Positions 55,373 to 64,000 of a stretch of DNA of 64,000 nucleotides are shown here, in pieces. Position 1 is the first letter of the stretch. The number at the start of each line of letters is the position of its first letter. The position numbers and the translations under genes were made by a program. The notes below the pieces were generated by a model that worked only from the letters and a program-made list of their open reading frames with translations, made no database searches and was not told the DNA's origin. This DNA is from Octopus vulgaris (lineage: Eukaryota), in assembly GCA_951406725.2 (NCBI GenBank), contig OX597825.1, forward strand, positions 14,508,001 to 14,572,000, written 5' to 3'.

Positions 55373-55788
55373 AGTATATGTATATATATATATATATTGA
55401 GACGCATACATACATACACGCTCACACCCAACACAAGCATACTCCACACACACACTGCAATCTATCTAAATAAATCTAATCGGAAAATTGCATTGGTCTA
55501 GAGACAAAAAAGATATATATTTATTTCGTGAAGTCTGGAAACTTATTTCAACAAACTTTCGTCCGCAGAAAAGTAATTTACATTTAATCTGCATATTTTT
55601 AGTTTGTTCTGTTATTTTCAGTTTCAATTTTTCTTCATCTCTCCCACACGTGCAAGTGTTTGTATGTGCACGCGCTTATGTATATGTCCATGTTTATATC
55701 AAAACATGCACGCATATATATATATATCCATAAATACATATATATATATATATATATCTCCATATATATATACATAAATACATATACG

Positions 55789-55820
<32 letters not shown>

Positions 55821-56343
55821 CATATATATATATATCTATATATATTTATACATAAATATATATATATATAGATGTATATATATAAATAAATATATACATA
55901 TATGCATACATAAATTTACACATATATAAATGTATATATATACATGTATAGTTTATGTATGTGTAAATTTGCAATGTATAATTTATGTACGCATAAAATT
56001 GGCGCGTTTAATATATATATATATGTGTTTATTCATGCGTATTCATAGATGTATGTGTGTATGTGTGCTTCCGTTTGTATGTTGTGTGTATATATAGTTA
56101 TATACATATCAATGCATAAACATACATAGATATACAAACGTGCATTTTATGCACAGTAATCAGAGAAACATTCATAATTTTATTGACTATTCTGCATAAA
56201 AGAAAAATGTCGCTATCTATCATACACACACACACACAAACACACACACATACACTTACTAGCACCCATACTTTCATAGTTAGATAGATAGATAAATTAG
56301 AAATATTCAATGTAGGCATTGCCTCCCACATAGTTGTCTCTGG

Positions 56344-56410
<67 letters not shown>

Positions 56411-56480
56411 TGTATGTATATACATATATACATGTATGTATATATATGTATATATATATATATGTATGTATTGATATATA

Positions 56481-56535
<55 letters not shown>
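54655..56535. repeat. Cluster of (CA)n, (TA)n and (GA)n microsatellites
   Basis: Direct reading. Confidence 0.9.
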
Positions 56536-57489
56536 GTACAGAGTTAACTACGTAACTGTTCTTCTTTCACTGTTCTAAATATGCTTCGGTGATAGGCTCA
56601 GTTGTGTCTCTCGCATAAAATAGAAGCATACCTGGAAATAATATTTAAAAAAAATTGACAATACAGAAAGAAATTCAATGTGGAGTGAGAGAGAAAATAC
56701 GAGAGAGAAGGAGATATAAAGAGCGATTGAAGAAAAATACAAAATGCGAATGAGAGATAATGAGAGGTAGACAGGGAGAGAAGGAAGTAGTGAAGAAATT
56801 GGAATAATTAGTTAATTATACACATCTCGAACTATAAAATATAGACTTTTGGATATAATTAAATCTCTATTATTTCTTTTACTGCTAAGCTGATAAAATG
56901 CTTCAATTAATGCTTTGTCTTCTGCAAAGACTTCGATTTGAAAACGTTTCTATTTTTGTCATTTTTCTTATAATTTTATACGTTAATGTTCTTTTTGATG
57001 GCGTCATTTTCTATTGTCATTATCGTCGTTGATTTTATAATCTAGTTCCCAAACCGAGCATTATCATGCAGGCCTATAATTAAAGGTCTTCCAGCGATGA
57101 TCGAACCTTTTTAATTCTGCATCCCTAACCATATATCTTCGCTTTTTTTTAAAGACAGTACACTATGATTATAAGGCGTGTTCTCCTAATCTTTGGAGAC
57201 GAGCTTTCTAGGCTGAGTTTCTTTTGAGACCCGTTGGAGACTTTAACTACCATAACCTTTTCATTGTTTGTTCGTGTTGATGTTATTCTTACTGTGGTTT
57301 GTTGTCCATTTAGCTGTCGTACATGATACTGTTGCGTTTGTCACTGCTATTGTTTTGTTCTACTTGTTATTTTTGTTGTGATTATGTGGTTGCTGAAGGT
57401 TTTACTTGTATTCTTTACGCTCTCATTTTCACTGCAGATTCTGCAACTGCTAATGACTATTTTCAGTCGAAAAATGTACCCAAGTAGGT

Positions 57490-57595
<106 letters not shown>

Positions 57596-57693
57596 TATAT
57601 GTATATATTTGTGTGTGCACGTGCCTGTGTCTGTGTGTGTATACAAATGTATATATATATGTATATATGTATATATATAGATAGATATATATA

Positions 57694-57733
<40 letters not shown>

Positions 57734-57764
57734 CTCTATTATACTAATCTTTTAGTTTTTTTAT

Positions 57765-58087
57765 TTATTTGACTGTGTCCATGCTGGATCACCGCTTTTA
57801 GTCGAACAAATCGACCCCAGGACTTGTTCTTTGTAAGCCTAGTACTTATTATATCGGTCTCTTTTGCTGAACTGCTAAGTTATGGGTACGTAAACACAAC
57901 GGCATCGGTTGTCAAGCGATGTTAGGGGACAGACACTCAAACACACACATATATATATACATATATACCACGGCCGTCTTTCAGTTTCCGTCTACCAAAT
58001 CCACTCACAAGGCTTTGGTCGGCCCGAAGCTATAGTAGAAGACACTTGCCCAAGGTGCCATGGTATAGGATTGAACCCGGAACCATG
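57765..58087 (-). mobile_element. SINE family A, head truncated
   Basis: Reverse complement of consensus, broken at gaaccatg. Confidence 0.88.
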
Positions 58088-59214
58088 CTCTCTCACTCAA
58101 TAATAATAATAATAAAAATAATAATATTAATGACGAAGCTGATGATGATAATGATCATGTGCGTTTATAGTTTACAAGAGAATAAGAGTGTGACATGTAG
58201 TAGTAATCAACTGCCATCTGGTGAGAGCATTTGTAGTCCTGAAAGTGGCTGCTATAATTACCTTTGTATACTGGAATTAGACAGATTGTTCTAGACAGAA
58301 TGTTATGGAAAGGCGTGACAGAAGACATTTAACAAGGATGACAACGCTACTGAAGAGTAAGCCTACATTCCAGCAAGTTTATCACAGTCATGAACGGCTG
58401 CTTTACCGTAGTAATACACTACGGATCTACTATAATACTCTGATTAATTGCACAAGGGAGTAAACAGAGAACTTTGACAGAAACATATTGCACTCCCTTC
58501 ATGTTGTATGATGCGCTTGTAAACACAACAGAAGATTAGAGGTCAATGTTTAATCGGCATTGAAGAATGTGGACAAATAAGTACCAATTCGCGAAACATT
58601 GGTCCCTAGAGATTGTAACTCCTTCAGATTATATATCTATATGTATATATATATATATATATGTATGTACATGCTCATGTTTTGTGTTGTTTTTTTTTTC
58701 TTTGTATCCTCAAAGGGGCATCTCGTGAAATCGGTGTTTGCCTAATAACAATTTACTGAATTTTTGTTTAGTCTCCATTCTTCATATTGTTTTGCTGAAA
58801 GCTGCAAAATGGTTAGAGAAAATACTTAGAATAACATCTGCTGCAAATGCGAATACATCGCAATATATGGCCAGTTTCAGAAACACTAAACTAAAGGCAG
58901 CTGGGGATTGGCGAAGGAAAAGTGTAATATTAACGAAACTAATGATCTAATAAAGACACCGAAGAACCGAATACTTACGTCACCTACCATATACACACAA
59001 TGTAGCGTACCATACACACACTATGACACAACATATATCAGAGAGAACTGCAAACATCTAAATCATCCGAGGAAAATTTGGATGCAATAACGCGTTAAAA
59101 GGTCTTTAAAATACCTGCAAAGAGACACTATGAAATGCGTCATGATAAAGTCTGTTTATATCTGAAAAAGTTGTCGGTTAAATAGTATTCTTTCGAGATT
59201 GACCATTAACTTAT

Positions 59215-59390
59215 ATGCACAAGGCCTGAAATTGTCCGGGAGGGGAACAGTCGATTACATCGGCCCCAGTATTTCACTGGTGCTTATTTTATCGACGCCG
59301 AAACGGTGAAAGCCAAAGTCAACCTCGGCGAAATTTGAACTCAGAATGTAAAGACGAACGTAATTATCCTAAGAATTTTTCCCTACCCAC
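59215..59390 (-). mobile_element. SINE family B
   Basis: gcacaaggcctgaaatt...ctggtgcttattttatcgac...aaagtcaacctcggcgaaatttgaactcagaatg. Confidence 0.85.
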
Positions 59391-59628
59391 TGATCAATAA
59401 GGATACCGATATGTTTGGGATATATTAGTGTAACAGAATGAATGACCAAACAATTTTGTAGGATTTTAAAATGTAAACATAAGAGTGACGAACGAGATTA
59501 CACCAGGTACTGCTTGCCATATTATAAGGGATACGGAAGAGCAAAATGCAAAATGGAGTCAGCACAGTTGATTTCAGTATAGCTAGCAAGGAACACGTAG
59601 CGATTAACATAGATTCGGAAATTCTGGG

Positions 59629-60237
59629 AAGGTAATTTCCACAGAAATTATAGCTAGCACAGGTTATTTGCTACAACGCTTCGTATCGAGATGTCAGACA
59701 TAAACAATGAGATCGAAGTCATTAATGGGTAATGAGTGCATATGCCATATATGGGGAGTTTTTTCACCTTCGTCCGCGGCCATTTAACCCACTCTAGCAT
59801 TATAACACACTGCTTATGTGGCCACCGCATACAGCGGTGTTAAGTTATTGGATATACCATTTTACATATTAAATGCATGTGTGGAACTGGTATATATGTT
59901 TTAATTTTTTAATGACTTGTAGTATTTAATGACTTGTTATGCAATCATAACATAATATAAAGTAAATTAAATCAGTCCTACCTCGTTAGCAGTCCTTACT
60001 ACATTATTTTGTTAAGGTTATTTCTACAGAAATTGTAGTCAACACAGATTTGTTGCTACAACGTTTTGTATCGAAACGTCAGACGTACACAAAAATGAGG
60101 TGGAATGCATTAATAGAAAATGAGTGTATATACCATATTTTGGGGTTTTTTCTCCCTTCATCAGCACCCATCTAACCCACACTCACCTCCGCGGACATTC
60201 CTTATATAGTCACGTCATAGAGTGGTGTTAAGTTATT
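59629..60237 (-). mobile_element. Partial tandem (period ~385 bp) of the hammerhead-bearing element also at 22200-22505
   Basis: Units start at 59629 and 60014; each has a decayed minus-strand hammerhead (59744-59780, 60133-60168). Confidence 0.8.
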
Positions 60238-60284
60238 CTTTTCTACTCTAGGCACAAGACTCGAAACATTGAGGGAGGATGCCT

Positions 60285-60860
60285 GAAAACTCTGTAGAAT
60301 GGATGTTAAAACTTGTTTCAAAATATGAAAACAAGAAAATATCATACTCAGGAAACAGGCAAAGGAATATATAAGTGAACTCCAAATACAAATTCCAGAA
60401 TTTGATGTACAAGTAACAAGCTGAGACAATGCTAAGCATATGAAAAACCCGCTAAAACTGCTGCCTTGAATATTCTTACTGATAAATTGCAAGAAAAATC
60501 TCTCGATGTTAAATACCCAAAGGGAGCTAATAATGCTGATGTTGACAAATCCCATACCCATCAATAGCTAATGGCTTCTGGTTTAGCTCAAGAAACCTTG
60601 TGGCTGCCATCAACATATAGCCGGTTCCTGTAGATCGCTAAGATGTGGCAGCTACGATAATCAAACATAAAGGTTATCCCTATTGTCATCGGACCATTGT
60701 GTTCCATAACACCCAATCTGAAAAAGAAATCTGAAAACTTTAGAAATACTTTACATTCTAGGTGTATTGCAAAAGTCGGCATTACTTGGAACTGCATGCA
60801 CATTGCATAAATTACTGTCTGTCAACAACCTTATGATATTGTATCCTGGGCGATGTCTAT
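60285..60860 (+). mobile_element. Highly decayed R4/Dong-like 3' relic
   Basis: IAKMWQL, KVIPIVIGPL, LQKSALLGTACTLHKLL, then (AAT)n. Confidence 0.65.
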
Positions 60861-60989
60861 AATAATAATAGTAACAATACCATGTCGATGTGGAATACGA
60901 ATCTCCAAATATGCCACTCTAATGAAGTACTGACCACAAGAAATATTAGATTCAACTGCGGCATTTTCCGAGGTGTCTCACTTTCACTT

Positions 60990-62170
60990 TAATTTTTTGT
61001 ATAGATATAAAATTGGCGACAAGAAAATAAGTCATCTGTTTTATACGGATGACTTAAAACTCTATGGCAAAGACGATAATGAGCTTGCCAAGTGTTGTGA
61101 AAGTATTCAATGATGACATAGGATGGAACTTAGTCTTGATAAATGTGCCAAGGCCACTTTCCAGTAAGGGAAATTGAAGATCTCACGTTCAGTGGTATTG
61201 TATGTTGACACAGCCATAAAATAACTCGAGCAGGACCAAACTTACAAACACCTCGGAATAAAGGTGAGCTCTGTCATTCAGCATGCATGTATGAAAGAGA
61301 TGATCAGGAAGGAATGTTACAGAAGAGTTAAAGCAGTCCTGAAATCCGTGTTAAATGCACGTAACAAGGTGTTAGCTATAAACTTCTTAGCATTTCCGGT
61401 TATTTACAATTTCAATGTGTTGTATTGGATTATGAGTGAAATAAGAAAAGTTGACAGGAAATTACGTATGCTGCTGACTTGCAATGAGATGCACCACCCA
61501 AAGGCAGACGCAGATCGCCTTTACCTATCAAGAGCTCAAGAATGCCGAGGTTGACCCAACTTGAAATCTCTTACAGTGCAACCACAATTGAACAGGAAAA
61601 ATATCTGGATACATCTAACGACTGGATGATAAAGCTCGTTGAAAATCACGAAAGACGTAATAACTTCATTCTGTTATGAAAGAGAGCAAAATCTTTTGCA
61701 CTTAGTCTATGAAGGTTGAACAGCATGATGGAAGTGTGGCAACTATAATTGTCAATTTGATGAGAAATGGTGTTCACCCAAAGTGCCGATACTGCAACGA
61801 TGGGATTAAAACAGTGGATCACCTGATCTCTGGGTGTAAGGTTGTAGCACCTGTAGAGTAGAAATCAAGATATGACCGAGTTGTCCATTATCTAAATTGG
61901 ATAATGTGTCGGCATTATAAAAATCAAAATTGCAAACAAATGGTACAAGCACCATTCTGAGGCTGTTACTAAAAGAGTAAATTTACAGACCGGGCCATCA
62001 AAGCAAATAGACCAGATATTGTTGTGAAAGACCAAAACAATAAAGTCTGTTTATTGATTGACATGAGCATAATCTGTGATCATAATATCTCGGCAAGAGA
62101 ATTTGATAATCTCAGAAAATATATAGATTTGCTAATCGATATCAAAAAGATGTGGCATCTCAAGACTGCT
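60990..62170 (+). mobile_element. R4/Dong-like relic: RT C-terminal half, zinc knuckle, RLE
   Basis: ISHLFYTDDLKLY, LDKCAK, YKHLGI, HHPKADADRLYLSR, CRYC...TVDHLISGC, ANRPDIVV, KYIDL...KMWHL; many disablements. Confidence 0.88.
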
Positions 62171-62319
62171 GGGTGAATATCTAAGTCTATCTTGGTGGCA
62201 TTTGAACTCTAAAATATGAATAGCCAGATGAAATTGCGTAAACAGTTTGTTCGACGCACTAATGGTTGTGTATGCTTTCCACGTTGATAACAATAATAAT
62301 AATTTTAAATTTGAGCACA

Positions 62320-62495
62320 AAGCCAGAAATTCTTGCAGGTCAGCAATTCATCGATACCAGTAATCAAATGGTACTTATTTTATCGACCCCGAAATGATGA
62401 ATGCTAAGGAGCATTTGAACTCGGAAAGTAAAGGACCGGAAGAAATTCTGTAAACGGTTTAGTCGACGCTCCGACGATTCTGCATGCTCTCTGCG
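62320..62495 (-). mobile_element. SINE family B (old)
   Basis: ggtacttattttatcgaccccgaaatgatgaa...atttgaactcgg. Confidence 0.7.
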
Positions 62496-62529
62496 TTAAT
62501 AATAATAATAAAAAAAAAAATAAAAAAAA

Positions 62530-62569
<40 letters not shown>

Positions 62570-62892
62570 TTAATAATTAGAAGCAACTCAAATCAAATGC
62601 AGAACGAATACAGAAATGGAATATGAGTAGAGGTAGTGGAATATAATTAGATAATGGACAAATATTTCAAAGAGAAATTTCGATTCCTATGTTATCTTGC
62701 TCCATGATACTGTTTCAATATTCTGTTTGTATTGATATCAAAGCCAGAGAGATTGATGTTGACGAACGCTAAACAAAACTGAATTACCAAAGGGTTTTCC
62801 ATAGTAATGAAATTATATTTGAATACAAATGAGAAGAAACAAAAATATTAAGTCTATGAATGTACGCTTTAAAACGTAATTAACTGAATGAT

Positions 62893-62927
<35 letters not shown>

Positions 62928-62948
62928 ATACATGTATGTATGTATATA

Positions 62949-63004
<56 letters not shown>

Positions 63005-63205
63005 GTTGTACGTGTTTTTGTGTCTGTGTGTCTGTGTGTTTTCTTCATATGTATGTACATAGATTATTTAGATAAATTAGCAAGGAGACAGTAAGACGAT
63101 GTAAATAGTGGCATGATTGCCCCCAAGTAAACATAAGTGGGGCTCTGATCGATTACTATCAATGCATGCCCCGGGTAATCACAGATGCATGCAGACGCAC
63201 GTAGA

Positions 63206-63284
<79 letters not shown>

Positions 63285-63301
63285 ATATATTTTATAAGTA
63301 C

Positions 63302-63344
<43 letters not shown>

Positions 63345-63357
63345 GGCATCGTATATA

Positions 63358-63396
<39 letters not shown>

Positions 63397-63643
63397 ATAT
63401 ATAGTCCATGTCTATAATATATATATTATATTACATTATATATATGTATGCAACTTAAGTGAGGGCGTTCATACATCCATATCTGTAAACGGTTATTGTC
63501 AATACTTTTCTAGTTGTATTGCGTGTTCGTTTCCTTTTTGCATATGGAATTTTATTTTTGATGTTGTATATAAATGAAGGTATTGCTGCTTTTCATTCTA
63601 CGCAAAAAGAAGATGCATTGCAAAACTGTTATTTTAACAAATT

Positions 63644-63765
63644 GTATTAATTTATCACCCGATGAGACACATCTGCGCCGCCGGATGCACCTGGAACAGT
63701 TGTTAAGTGTCTCACCCGTGAAGGATCGACATTTGATGTGTCGAAACAATTGTCGTGATTAATAC
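63644..63765 (+). ncRNA. Type I hammerhead ribozyme motif with expanded stem II
   Basis: atcac-CCGATGA-gacacatc...gatgtgtc-GAAAC-aatt-GTC-gtgat; outer gtatta/taatac extension; U4>C. Confidence 0.8.
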
Positions 63766-64000
63766 TCACAATTCTCCTTTATTTATTCCATCTTCTGTCT
63801 TTCATTTACCATTCATATATAAATATTAATATCTATCTATCTATCTATATATATATATATATATTTTATTATCACTGTGATAAAAAAAAATCTACAGCTG
63901 GAGAAGGACCTTCTACTACCATGTTCTTAATGATAAAATTAACCTCACTGTCTATATATCTACCCTCTTTGTAATGTTGACAAATGAAATAAGTATAAAA

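Overview
AT-rich, repeat-saturated eukaryotic non-coding DNA (intergenic or deep intron). I see no supportable host protein-coding exon, rRNA, true tRNA gene or CRISPR array; nearly all listed ORFs are microsatellite artefacts or transposon debris. The SINE repertoire and microsatellite load resemble an octopus/cephalopod genome (inference, not checked). Content: a Tc1 relic, about 6 R4/Dong-like RLE non-LTR relics mostly abutting (AAT)n, a CR1-clade LINE 3' end, a Penelope-like GIY-YIG fragment, 2 non-autonomous Helitrons, mariner/pogo/piggyBac-type relics and about 20 tRNA-derived SINEs of 4 types. The most interesting signal is a set of short non-coding elements, mostly at (TA)n tracts, carrying type-I hammerhead ribozyme motifs of several families (clearest at 9043-9101, 9492-9527, 22342-22376, 63644-63765). 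They occur as monomers, a tandem dimer and fold-back palindromes, which suggests a Penelope-dependent retrozyme-like system. A twice-repeated element also shows an HDV-ribozyme-like nested pseudoknot with an unusually short P1. All coordinates and foldings were read by eye; element ends are approximate.
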